Below the pieces are notes generated by a model that was not told where the DNA came from, made no database searches, and worked only from the letters and a program-made list of their open reading frames with translations. The translations under genes were made by a program, and so were the position numbers. Of a stretch of DNA of 64,000 nt, positions 29,051 through 38,619 are shown one piece after another. The stretch lies in IMG/VR virus record IMGVR_UViG_3300025120_014919, positions 41,614-105,613 of that record; one strand, given 5' to 3'. The stretch comes from a virus. Each line of letters starts with the position of its first letter. Position 1 is the first letter of the stretch.

Positions 29051-30594
29051 GATATCGTAAAACTATAGAAAAGGTATTTCCAAAAAATGAAGATTTTTTA
29101 AATAGGGTTGACCAACAAAATTACATAATTAGAAATGTAATTTTCAATCCTGATAAAAATATAGTTTCAATACCCCAACAAAGTATTATATCTTTACAAA
29201 TAGAAGATAGTTTATTCGACCCTTTTGATAAAGGTCAAATTATATTTAAAGACAATCAATTTGCTTTAGAAAGAAATAGTACCCAAGAAAATGCTTTCAA
29301 CGGTATTAATTTTAGAGGGGATGGTAAAGATCTATATCATTTAGATATGTTACCGGTAGAAAAGGAAGAAGAATTATTGGACGATGATTTCTATAACGTA
29401 TTTGGATACAGTAAAACTTTTAGTGTTTACGATGTTGAAAACTTATTAGATGATCCGAATAATATTATAAAAAAGTTAAGTTTTTACGATTATGATAAAC
29501 AATTGCTTTTAGATAAAACTATTTTCTTTTCTACATCAAAAATAGGTAAAGTAGAAGAATTAAAAAATTTAATTTTTTTAAATAATCAAGAAAGAGGATC
29601 GTTAACCGGTATTGCTTTAAGAGATATTTTAAAAAATGGTATGAACGTTGATGATGATACTTTAATTTTCGATAAAGATGACGAGGGTAATTATGTAGAT
29701 TTTGAAGATGGTAAATCATTTATGTTCTATACATCGCCTCCAAACAATAAAGCTTATGAGGATTTATTGTATTTTTGCGATAATCATGTAAGTGATTCAA
29801 CTGGTGGAGATTTTTCATTTTTAAAGAAAAACAATTATAACGGTAAATATGGTCTTCAAAGTTTAAGTGAAATTTATAAACAAAACTATCGAGAAGGTCA
29901 AGACGAACCTGGAAGCTTATTCTTTGAAAAAATAATTATTTCAAATTCTGGAGAGTTTAATGATGATCCGATCGGAAGTGATTTAAAAACACCAAAAAAT
30001 TCACCATCTTTTGGTGAAAAAAGCTCTGCAATAAATTATAATTTCTTTAATATTAATACCGTACTAAATGTAGAAAATGTTAATTCAAAAATTGTACATT
30101 CTTATAATCACGATAACAAATCATTCCAGTTTGATGTTGAAAAGGGTAATATCGAGAATGCAAAGGATTCTTTTAATTTTTTATACGTAGCCGGTAAAGT
30201 AAAAGGAAAAGATAAAAGTCCATTTTCGTCTTTTTTAATTAATAATACGAAAAAATTAAATTTAAATTATGAAAATGTTTATTCTTTATATGGTCAAAAT
30301 GAAAATGTAAGATTGAATAAAGGTTTAAACAAATTATTAAAAAATAATTTTTTAACCAATATAGGTGTTGAAATTTATATAAAGGGCCAGGTTTTTAGAA
30401 AATCAGGTACTTTTTTTGCTTTAGAAAGAGCAGAAAATTACGTTGAAAATGATTTTGATAATAAATTACTCGGATCTTATTTAATTTTAAAGGTAGAGCA
30501 TATTTTGGATGATAAAAATAAGTATTATAATAAACTAGTTGGGGTAAAAACACACTTTTACCGAGACCCTATAATAAACGAAGATATATTATGA
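29047..30594 (+). CDS. Baseplate hub protein (gp27-like)
   Basis: LQIEDSLFDPF at the N-terminus, GSYLILKVEH at the C-terminus; follows gp53. Confidence 0.6.
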   Translation: MRYRKTIEKVFPKNEDFLNRVDQQNYIIRNVIFNPDKNIVSIPQQSIISLQIEDSLFDPFDKGQIIFKDNQFALERNSTQENAFNGINFRGDGKDLYHLDMLPVEKEEELLDDDFYNVFGYSKTFSVYDVENLLDDPNNIIKKLSFYDYDKQLLLDKTIFFSTSKIGKVEELKNLIFLNNQERGSLTGIALRDILKNGMNVDDDTLIFDKDDEGNYVDFEDGKSFMFYTSPPNNKAYEDLLYFCDNHVSDSTGGDFSFLKKNNYNGKYGLQSLSEIYKQNYREGQDEPGSLFFEKIIISNSGEFNDDPIGSDLKTPKNSPSFGEKSSAINYNFFNINTVLNVENVNSKIVHSYNHDNKSFQFDVEKGNIENAKDSFNFLYVAGKVKGKDKSPFSSFLINNTKKLNLNYENVYSLYGQNENVRLNKGLNKLLKNNFLTNIGVEIYIKGQVFRKSGTFFALERAENYVENDFDNKLLGSYLILKVEHILDDKNKYYNKLVGVKTHFYRDPIINEDIL

Positions 30595-31451
30595 GTTTTA
30601 AAATTACAGCTTTACCAGACTATCTAGACACTATAGTTTTTCAATCTACTGATTTCTATGAGCAAAATAGTAATTTATTAGATATTTTTAGTGATTATTT
30701 AACTGAATTAAATTTAAATATAGGCTATGAAAAAGGAAAATCTTCAGGTGATATTTTAAAAAATAATAATGATTTTTTTAAAAAATTAAATGACGAAAAT
30801 TTTATTATAGATGGTGTTCAAATCGATGAAATTAATAAAAACTATTATATCGAAAAATATAATAGTTTGTTTTCAACTATTAAAGATTCTGTAAGTACAG
30901 TTATAAGTGATAGCAATATATATTTTAAAAATTATTCAGACGATGTCGGTACATTAACTGATTCCTCTTGTATATTAGATGATAGTATTATACCATGGTA
31001 TGATATTTTTAATGAAGATATAGAAATGCCTAATAATTTAAATAGTACCATTTTCAATAAAACGTCAAATAATAATAAAACATTACAATTAAAATTTACT
31101 AAATTTAATAATGCAATACTTAAAAATAATATGAAAGGTATAGTTGATTACACAAATGTAGAAATTAGTAAGTCTAAAAAAGCACATGGTAGTAATTTAG
31201 TTACCGACTATTATTACTATAAGAGATTATTCTTATATAAAGAATTAATTGCACAAAGTATTGGTCAATTGTTAAAAGGTTTAGGGGACTATATTTTTTA
31301 TATTAAAAATTTAAATATGAGGCAAAATTCATATAAAGCTACTCTTTTTAAGTATACTGCTAAAATAGAAAATGTAGAACAACAAATAGATATACTTAAA
31401 AATAGAATATCTAGCACAGCATATCTTACTGACGCAATTATTAAAAATTAA
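30591..31451 (+). CDS. Hypothetical protein
   Basis: 286-aa ORF with ATGA coupling. Confidence 0.7.
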   Translation: MSFKITALPDYLDTIVFQSTDFYEQNSNLLDIFSDYLTELNLNIGYEKGKSSGDILKNNNDFFKKLNDENFIIDGVQIDEINKNYYIEKYNSLFSTIKDSVSTVISDSNIYFKNYSDDVGTLTDSSCILDDSIIPWYDIFNEDIEMPNNLNSTIFNKTSNNNKTLQLKFTKFNNAILKNNMKGIVDYTNVEISKSKKAHGSNLVTDYYYYKRLFLYKELIAQSIGQLLKGLGDYIFYIKNLNMRQNSYKATLFKYTAKIENVEQQIDILKNRISSTAYLTDAIIKN

Positions 31452-31900
31452 TCACTTTGAACGTTTATAAGTTTAGCATCATCAATTAACTTATTCAATA
31501 ATTCTTCTCTATTAATTGTAATGCCAATACGTTCGTTATTTTTTTCTTGCAATTCTTTCTTACTCTCAATATCCATTTGTTTTACCTGAATTTTAGCTTC
31601 ATTGGCTTTATCTTGCAAAAGTATTTTATTTAAACTTTCAATCGCTGAAGCAGATGCCCCTACTAATTTACTTAGAGCATCAACATCTCTTGAATCAGGA
31701 GCAGATGTAATAAATTGTTTTACTTCTTCTACATAATCTACAGTACCTTTAATCAATTTACCGGAATAGTTTAATAAAAAATTTTCTAATTCTTCTTTAT
31801 CTAGATTAAATTCATCTTTTTGTAGTTCTCTTGAAACTTTTGCAGACCCCTTTAATTGAGAAAGCAAATCATCAACAACTATATCTACATCATGGTCCAT
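31448..31900 (-). CDS. Probable terminase small subunit (gp16-like)
   Basis: 150 aa with a helical hairpin (KLIKGTVDYVEEV...APDSRDVDALSKLV) and C-terminal ITINREELL, as in T4-like gp16; late promoter. Confidence 0.55.
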   Translation of the reverse strand: MDHDVDIVVDDLLSQLKGSAKVSRELQKDEFNLDKEELENFLLNYSGKLIKGTVDYVEEVKQFITSAPDSRDVDALSKLVGASASAIESLNKILLQDKANEAKIQVKQMDIESKKELQEKNNERIGITINREELLNKLIDDAKLINVQSD

Positions 31901-31922
31901 ATAAAAATATTTAATAATAAAG

Positions 31923-31950
31923 TTGAATAATTAAACATATACGTTATAAT
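31923..31950 (+). promoter_or_regulatory. Sigma70-type promoter of the dut-gp44 operon
   Basis: TTGAAT-N16-TATAAT-N6-ATG. Confidence 0.75.
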
Positions 31951-31956
31951 AGGTTA

Positions 31957-32418
31957 ATGAGTAAAGTTAAAATTAAATTTATAAGAACGCATGACGATGC
32001 TATTCTACCTACTAAAGCTCACGACGGTGATAATTGTTTTGACCTATATGCAGTTGAAGATACTGTTATACCCTGTAGTAGTTCTTGGATTGGCGATGTA
32101 ACTGTTGGTAACGCTGTAATACCTATAGGTATTACTGTTGCTGATATTACTAAAGGTTATGGGTTTGTATTGAGACCTAAGTCTGGTTTAGGTTTCAAGG
32201 CCGGCTTACAACCGCATCTAGGGGAAATTGATAATGGTTATAGAGGTGATTGCGCAGTTAAAATGTATAACTTTAGCAGTAAGAATTATACTTTTAAGAA
32301 AGGTGATAAAGTCGCCCAGATTAAAATTGAAAAAATTTACGATACAAGTGTTGAGTGGGCTAAAAAGACATCTAAAGCAAAACGTGGAGATGCAGGGTTT
32401 GGGTCCTCAGGTAAGTAA
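31957..32418 (+). CDS. dut: Trimeric dUTPase
   Basis: FDLY, RPKSGL, GEIDNGYRG, VAQ and RGDAGFGSSG (motifs I-V). Confidence 0.95.
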   Translation: MSKVKIKFIRTHDDAILPTKAHDGDNCFDLYAVEDTVIPCSSSWIGDVTVGNAVIPIGITVADITKGYGFVLRPKSGLGFKAGLQPHLGEIDNGYRGDCAVKMYNFSSKNYTFKKGDKVAQIKIEKIYDTSVEWAKKTSKAKRGDAGFGSSGK

Positions 32419-32420
32419 TT

Positions 32421-32615
32421 ATGGGAACTAAAGGATGTAAAGAGCGGGAAGGTGTAAATCATGCAAAATATAGAGATAATTATGACTCTATATTTGGTAA
32501 AAAAACTAATGGGAACTCAGATATAATTAGTAGTAAGGAAAGTTCTAAACAAATTATTAGAAAAGGTAAATGTTCTACGAATAGAACAACTAGTCGATAT
32601 TATACAGATATTTAA
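32421..32615 (+). CDS. Small basic hypothetical protein
   Basis: 64-aa ORF directly after dut; YRDNYDSIFGKK. Confidence 0.5.
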   Translation: MGTKGCKEREGVNHAKYRDNYDSIFGKKTNGNSDIISSKESSKQIIRKGKCSTNRTTSRYYTDI

Positions 32616-32617
32616 TT

Positions 32618-32725
32618 ATGGGAAAAGTAACAAGACAAAAGATAACCGAAAGAAAAGTCGGTAATGCGAAGGTGAGAAAGACGGTAACAGTAACTGTTAC
32701 AAAGCCATCAAAAAGAAAAAAATAA
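32618..32725 (+). CDS. 35-aa very basic peptide absent from the ORF track (MGKVTRQKITERKVGNAKVRKTVTVTVTKPSKRKK)
   Basis: Fills the gap exactly; its TAA overlaps the gp44 ATG (TAATG). Confidence 0.6.
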   Translation: MGKVTRQKITERKVGNAKVRKTVTVTVTKPSKRKK

Positions 32726-33642
32726 TGTTTAATAACTTATACGTAGAAAAGTATAGACCTAAAACGTTAACAGATTTGGTATTATCTGATAGTAATAGAA
32801 AGTATTTCGAATCTATTACCGAGGAAATACCAAATCTGCTTTTCGTCGGTACACCTGGGTTAGGTAAGACTACATTAGCTAGGATATTGGTAAATGATAT
32901 ATTAGAATGCCAATACCTTTATATTAATGCCTCAGATGAGAATGGTATCGATACAATACGCTCTAAGGTAGTTGGCTTTAGTCAGACTAAGTCTCTCAAT
33001 GGTAAACATAAAGTAGTCATACTTGATGAAGCCGACGGTATCACCATTGACGGGCAACGCGCACTACGTAATACAATGGAGGAATATAGTAGTATGACTC
33101 GTTTTATACTTACAGCTAATTATAAACATAAAATTATACCTGCTATTCAAAGTAGAACTCAATTTTTTGATTTAACTCCTCCGTTTGATGATGTAGTTAA
33201 AAGAGTAGTCGATATTGTAAAGCAAGAAGGTATAAAAATAGAAACTGATCAGAAATCTAATTTTGTTAATGTAATTAAGCAAAGTTACCCGGATATCCGT
33301 AAGGTATTAAATAGTATTCAAAAAGCTACTATAGGTAATATTTTTACAGTAGACCATAGCGTTGATAGTAAAGAGATAGTTAATGTTATCCATAAGCATA
33401 TGACATCTAAAGATTCTCTAAAGCTAAGAAAGTATCTAATTGAAAACGAAAATGAGTTTCAAGGGGATTACCATAATTTAATGAAACAGTACTTAAATTA
33501 TGTATACACTTGTAGTATAGACGATAATAAAAAACGTCAATATATAGTAACTATTTCAGATCATATGTATAAAGACGTATTTGTCTTGGATAAGGAAATT
33601 AATGCTTTTGCCTGCTGGGTTAATTTAGAAAAACTTGATTAA
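32725..33642 (+). CDS. gp44: Clamp loader AAA+ subunit (gp44/RFC-like)
   Basis: VEKYRP, GTPGLGKTT, NASDENG, ILDEAD, IQSR, DKEIN. Confidence 0.93.
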   Translation: MFNNLYVEKYRPKTLTDLVLSDSNRKYFESITEEIPNLLFVGTPGLGKTTLARILVNDILECQYLYINASDENGIDTIRSKVVGFSQTKSLNGKHKVVILDEADGITIDGQRALRNTMEEYSSMTRFILTANYKHKIIPAIQSRTQFFDLTPPFDDVVKRVVDIVKQEGIKIETDQKSNFVNVIKQSYPDIRKVLNSIQKATIGNIFTVDHSVDSKEIVNVIHKHMTSKDSLKLRKYLIENENEFQGDYHNLMKQYLNYVYTCSIDDNKKRQYIVTISDHMYKDVFVLDKEINAFACWVNLEKLD

Positions 33643-33650
33643 ATAGTTAA

Positions 33651-34103
33651 ATGAAAGATGATCTATATCTAATTGCTGAACAATATAATGTAGTTTTAAC
33701 TGAAGAACAGGAAAAAGAAGAAGAAAAAAATAAAGCTATCGATAAACTTCAAATAGCTTTAGATATAGCTGGTTTCGAACCTACATTTGGAAGTATAGCA
33801 GATGCAATAAATGTTGTGATATCTACTTTAAGAACAGGGTTATCTTTAGCGCGACTAGAAGGTGATAAGGCAAAGGAACATGCTATTAATGCTGGTATAT
33901 CTGCTATTTCTTTATTACCATTCGCAGATGTAATTAAAGTATTAAAACTACGTAAATTAGGTAAAGTTAAACGTCCGGCGACAAAGTTAGCTGTAAAAGG
34001 TGGTAGAGCCATCAAAGGGTATGGGAAGAGGCAAAAGCAAAAAAGAATTGATGATTATCGTCAATCTCAGGAATTAGATCAAGATAATATCGAGCTAGCT
34101 TAA
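33651..34103 (+). CDS. Late protein with pre-toxin TG-like helical domain
   Basis: LDIAGFEPTFGSIADAINVVIS...AGISAISLLPFAD; N-terminus MKDDLYLIAEQY. Confidence 0.55.
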   Translation: MKDDLYLIAEQYNVVLTEEQEKEEEKNKAIDKLQIALDIAGFEPTFGSIADAINVVISTLRTGLSLARLEGDKAKEHAINAGISAISLLPFADVIKVLKLRKLGKVKRPATKLAVKGGRAIKGYGKRQKQKRIDDYRQSQELDQDNIELA

Positions 34104-34110
34104 TTTACAA

Positions 34111-34431
34111 CTATGCAATTGGTTTACCAATTATTTTTTCCATGGCTTGTTTTTGACCCATTTCTTCGTCACTAATCTTCATTTTACCAGCTTTTTTCAT
34201 TGCAGCGTCGCCAAGATCTTTAAGCTGTTCAGCTGTAAGGTAATTTAAAGCATCAAATAATTTTTCTAGAGTCATTCCAGTACCTTTTACCACAGCGCCG
34301 GTTGCTGCTAACCCAACTTTACCAGCAGTGCGACCTGTTAATTTAGCAGCTCCTTTGGCAAAGTCACCAAAACTCTCCTCATGTACCTGGGTATATGCTT
34401 CTTCTAATAATTTTGTATCGTTATTTTTCAT
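34111..34431 (-). CDS. Hypothetical protein, candidate head-internal protein
   Basis: 106 aa; MKNNDTKLLEEAY; Gly/Ala-rich helix. Confidence 0.65.
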   Translation of the reverse strand: MKNNDTKLLEEAYTQVHEESFGDFAKGAAKLTGRTAGKVGLAATGAVVKGTGMTLEKLFDALNYLTAEQLKDLGDAAMKKAGKMKISDEEMGQKQAMEKIIGKPIA

Positions 34432-34435
34432 AAAT

Positions 34436-35020
34436 TTAACCGTTTATTGGCATATACTGTGATGTATAGTTTTCATTAACTGCGGGTGATGGTGTTGCTG
34501 GAGATGAAGGAATCTTTGTATTTTTTGTTGCATTAGTAAGATTCGTCTTTTTAAGACTATCTCCTTGTTGGGTCATCCTTGTTATTTCAATTTCATCTTC
34601 TTCGCTAACTTCTCTTGGATCGATCTGAACTTTATTATCACCACGTGTTTTAGGGTCTACTGGGTGTCTATTAATACCTAAATCAATGGTATCCAGCATA
34701 TCACTAGTAAGCTTTACTTGACCCTTTTCATCATGCAAACCCGGTGCTATTTCTCTTGCTACTGTTATATAGAAGAAATTTTGTCTATTATCATCATTAC
34801 CAGGTTGTCTCGATGGGTACTTATTAACTACATTAGTTATAATGTAATTGCTATCCGTATCAAAATAATCATCAATATATTTTTTCTGTTCACTATTTTG
34901 TTCTTTATAGCCATCTTTGGATTTATAATCACTAGCTAATTTAACTAACCCTCCAGGTTGAAACCCGCTATTCATTTTATCTGTAATTTGCTCAATTAAT
35001 TTTAAAAACTTACGCTTCAT
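34436..35020 (-). CDS. Hypothetical late protein, candidate head-internal protein
   Basis: 194 aa; MKRKFLKLIEQ; TAAATA-N5-ATG. Confidence 0.7.
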   Translation of the reverse strand: MKRKFLKLIEQITDKMNSGFQPGGLVKLASDYKSKDGYKEQNSEQKKYIDDYFDTDSNYIITNVVNKYPSRQPGNDDNRQNFFYITVAREIAPGLHDEKGQVKLTSDMLDTIDLGINRHPVDPKTRGDNKVQIDPREVSEEDEIEITRMTQQGDSLKKTNLTNATKNTKIPSSPATPSPAVNENYTSQYMPING

Positions 35021-35066
35021 ATTATTATTTATTTACATCTACACTATTTTAAATTAAATATTAGAA

Positions 35067-35546
35067 ATGGCTAAAATTACTTTAGATATTCTTAAAAAAA
35101 CTGAAGAAAGACAACCTGGTGACCTGTTTAGAGATCTAAATTTAAGTTATCTATTCGGTAAGGATGTTGATGGCGAACTTGAAAAGCAATATCAATTAAT
35201 AGATATATTTACTGATACGAACTTAAATGCTATAGCTAATTCATTTGTATCAATTTTAACCACAAGCCCTGGTAGTAAGATACTAAATCCTAGATTCGGA
35301 GTTAATCTAGGAAATCTTTTATTTTTACCGGTTACAACAGGTAGAGGTCAAAGTATAGGTGAAGGGGTTGTACAAGCTTTACAAAAATATGAACCGAGAA
35401 TTTTAGTTCAAGGTTTGGAAGTCTTAGCAGACCCGGAAAACAATCAATATACATTAAATCTTAGATTTAAGGTACCTACTTTCAATAATGAGGTATTTAC
35501 CATAAAAGGTAGATTTAAAGAAGGAGGATTTTATATAGAAAAATAA
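35067..35546 (+). CDS. gp25: Baseplate wedge protein gp25-like
   Basis: ILTTSPGSKILNPRFG, LLFLP, KYEPRI. Confidence 0.88.
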   Translation: MAKITLDILKKTEERQPGDLFRDLNLSYLFGKDVDGELEKQYQLIDIFTDTNLNAIANSFVSILTTSPGSKILNPRFGVNLGNLLFLPVTTGRGQSIGEGVVQALQKYEPRILVQGLEVLADPENNQYTLNLRFKVPTFNNEVFTIKGRFKEGGFYIEK

Positions 35547-35550
35547 TATT

Positions 35551-37371
35551 ATGGCAATAGAAACAGATTTCAATTTACAAAAAAATGCGTACACATCATT
35601 TGACGCTTCAACGTTAAAAGATTTAATACTAAAAAGATTAACTGATGATGGTAAGTTTACTGACCAATTATTTGAAGGTAGTAATATTAATGCTGTCATT
35701 GATATAATATCGTATTCGTACCACACTCTATTATTTTATCTAAATCAAACTTCTTCTGAGTCTTTATTTTCAGAAGCTACTTTATATGAAAATATGAATA
35801 GAATAGTTAAATTAATTGACTACAAGCCGACTGGTTTTAAAACGTCTCTTTTAGCATTCAAAGCAACTGGTTCAGCTAACCTACCAAATAATTTATATAC
35901 TATACCAAGATATTCATTTTTCATTGTCGATGGTGTTTATTATTCATTCAATCAAGATGTTTCGTTCGCTAAAACTACAAATGGTGTTGAAAAATTAACT
36001 TCCCTTTCAGAAAATAGTTTATTATACCAGGGTAGATATTTTGAATTTCCAGAACAGGTCGCAATAGGAGAAGAATTTGAAACAGTTACTTTATCAATAA
36101 AAGATATAAATTCTAATAAATCTTTTTTAGTTGACCATGACTCAGTAGATGTATATGTTGAAAATATTAATACCGGTGCATTTACAAAATTTAATGAAAC
36201 TAATTCATTATTTGCTGAAACCGCTCTACCGGTATATGAAAAAAGAATTAACGAAAATGGATTTTATGAAATAAAATTTGGGGATGGTATTTTTGGTAAT
36301 AAATTAAACGAAGGTGATAAAATATATATTTTTTATCTAAAAAGTGATGGTCAATCAGGTGAAGTATCTTCAGGAAAATTAGATGGTAATGAAATAAACT
36401 TTTATACATCGGCATTATTTCAAAGAATACAAGAATTTATATATAAAGATGCTAATTTAACCTTTTTAACACCAACACAAGTATCTGAAATTGCCTTTTT
36501 AAATGAGGTACCATCAACTCAGTTTAAAGATAAAGAAAGTGTTGAAGAAATAGAAAAAAATTCACCTAAAATATTTTCTTCGCAAGATAGATTGGTAGTA
36601 AACAATGATTTTACCAATTTTATCGAAAAACGTTATTCAAATATAGTTAGAGGTGTTAACGTTGTTAATAATAGAAACTATATTAATGGTTATATGACAT
36701 ATTTTTATAATTTAGGTTTTAATCGTCCTAACGATGACCCAAGATTTTTACTCAATCAATTAAAATTTTCATCAAGTTCAGAAATCAATAACATTTATAT
36801 ATTTTTAGTACCTAAATTTAACCAATATGACCAAGGTAACATTGAAAATAATTACTTAACAACGTCTCAAAAAAATACAATTATCAATTCAATGGAGGAT
36901 ACGAAGTTAATATCGTTAGATTTAGTACCAGTTGATCCCATATATCAAGCATTTGGTATTGGCTTAGAAATAGATAATTTAGAAAAAATAGATAGCACTT
37001 TGATAGAAGAATCATTTTTAGTAATAGAAAAAAATGAATCTTCACTTATAAATGATCAAAATATTATACAAGAAGTCAATAATATTTTTATAAATTATTT
37101 TAAAGGTTTAACTTTAGGTAAACCTGTTAGTATTTTAACTTTAAAGAGTAGTATATTGTCATTACAAGGTGTAGTAAATTTAAAAACTAGACGGGTTCGG
37201 AATGGTAGTACCGTTTCTGAAGTTGATAACATTTCACTACTAAAATTTAATCCAGTATATCCAGATATTGATATAGAAATAGTTTCAAATGAATTTGCAA
37301 CACAATATTTTCAATTCCCATTCTTGTATAACAATACTATAAAAAATCAAATTATTGTAGAAAATGCCTAG
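35551..37371 (+). CDS. gp6: Baseplate wedge protein gp6-like
   Basis: FTDQLFEGSN, DIISY, SEATL, IKFGDG, KESVEEI, QDRLV. Confidence 0.9.
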   Translation: MAIETDFNLQKNAYTSFDASTLKDLILKRLTDDGKFTDQLFEGSNINAVIDIISYSYHTLLFYLNQTSSESLFSEATLYENMNRIVKLIDYKPTGFKTSLLAFKATGSANLPNNLYTIPRYSFFIVDGVYYSFNQDVSFAKTTNGVEKLTSLSENSLLYQGRYFEFPEQVAIGEEFETVTLSIKDINSNKSFLVDHDSVDVYVENINTGAFTKFNETNSLFAETALPVYEKRINENGFYEIKFGDGIFGNKLNEGDKIYIFYLKSDGQSGEVSSGKLDGNEINFYTSALFQRIQEFIYKDANLTFLTPTQVSEIAFLNEVPSTQFKDKESVEEIEKNSPKIFSSQDRLVVNNDFTNFIEKRYSNIVRGVNVVNNRNYINGYMTYFYNLGFNRPNDDPRFLLNQLKFSSSSEINNIYIFLVPKFNQYDQGNIENNYLTTSQKNTIINSMEDTKLISLDLVPVDPIYQAFGIGLEIDNLEKIDSTLIEESFLVIEKNESSLINDQNIIQEVNNIFINYFKGLTLGKPVSILTLKSSILSLQGVVNLKTRRVRNGSTVSEVDNISLLKFNPVYPDIDIEIVSNEFATQYFQFPFLYNNTIKNQIIVENA

Positions 37372-38605
37372 TTTAGATTATATTTTTAAAAATGATTATA
37401 ATAATTTGCGTACAACTAACGTAGATGTACGGGTAACTGATTATAATGATGTAGAAACATTATCTGCATATTCAGGAGGTATTGGTAAAATAACTGTTAC
37501 ACCGAAATTTATAGATTTCTCAACAGGAGACACGCAGATAGCTAGTAGTAATAATTACATTATAGATCTTGGTGACGGTACAATAACAAAAAGTTTATCA
37601 ACTAAACATTTTTATAAAAATGCTGGAGAATATGAAATAAAAATTATAGTAGTAGATAAATCTGGTGCTTTATTAAGATCACCTATTACTAAAAAAATTA
37701 AAGTAAATGATATAATACCAGATACTCTTTACCTTACATACGGTAATAATTATTATACACCTTTAGGCTATTCAGGTGGTTCTCAACCTATATCAACAAT
37801 GGCTCAAGAATTTTTCGTTACAAGGTATAATACTACAGTTTCATCTAAAATTTTAGAAAATAATGATTATAAAGTAAATTTAAGCGTAGATGGTAATGAA
37901 ACTGAATTTTATGATGTAGAAAAATATAATAATGATAGGGATTTCCAATTGAAAAAAGTATCTTTTTTCTGCGATAGAAAGGACAAATTTAAAATAATAG
38001 ATTCAGTAACCACCACTAACGTTAATATTTACGCAGGTATAAAAATTAATGAAAATGCAGATAATGAAATTATAGTAAAACCTGAAGTATTGGTAACGAG
38101 AGATGAAAAATTATTTACTTCAATAGTAGGTACATCAGGGGTTGGTCAATTCTTTTACTATGAAGACCCAAAAGATGATTTTAAAATTGATATTCCTAAA
38201 ACTTTTTCATGCTTACCACCAATAAATTATTTTTTATACGATAATGATGGGTTCTATTTTAATAATATTACTACATTAGATTTAGGTGCTTCAAATGGTA
38301 ACTATATTTTAAAAAATGTACCTAAAGAATATCCAATAACAATATTAAATGGTGGTAGTACCTATATACAAATTTTAACCGGTCTTAGTGAAACATATTA
38401 TGGTAGTAAAACAGTTATAAATACTGAAAATGATGGTAAATATAACTTTTATTATGGCGATGTAGCTTTTAATATTAATGGTAATTTTGGATTTACTAGT
38501 TTTTATACATTTTTCAATGGTTACTTTGGAGGAAAGAATATATTACAGTATAAACATGAATGTATAATTGATCAATTGGAAAGTAACTTTATAATACAAA
38601 ATTAG
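37364..38605 (+). CDS. Putative baseplate/virion protein with PKD-like domain
   Basis: IDLGDGT...HFYKNAGEYEIKI is a PKD signature; follows gp6. Confidence 0.65.
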   Translation: MPSLDYIFKNDYNNLRTTNVDVRVTDYNDVETLSAYSGGIGKITVTPKFIDFSTGDTQIASSNNYIIDLGDGTITKSLSTKHFYKNAGEYEIKIIVVDKSGALLRSPITKKIKVNDIIPDTLYLTYGNNYYTPLGYSGGSQPISTMAQEFFVTRYNTTVSSKILENNDYKVNLSVDGNETEFYDVEKYNNDRDFQLKKVSFFCDRKDKFKIIDSVTTTNVNIYAGIKINENADNEIIVKPEVLVTRDEKLFTSIVGTSGVGQFFYYEDPKDDFKIDIPKTFSCLPPINYFLYDNDGFYFNNITTLDLGASNGNYILKNVPKEYPITILNGGSTYIQILTGLSETYYGSKTVINTENDGKYNFYYGDVAFNINGNFGFTSFYTFFNGYFGGKNILQYKHECIIDQLESNFIIQN

Positions 38606-38619
38606 TTATAAATATTAGT

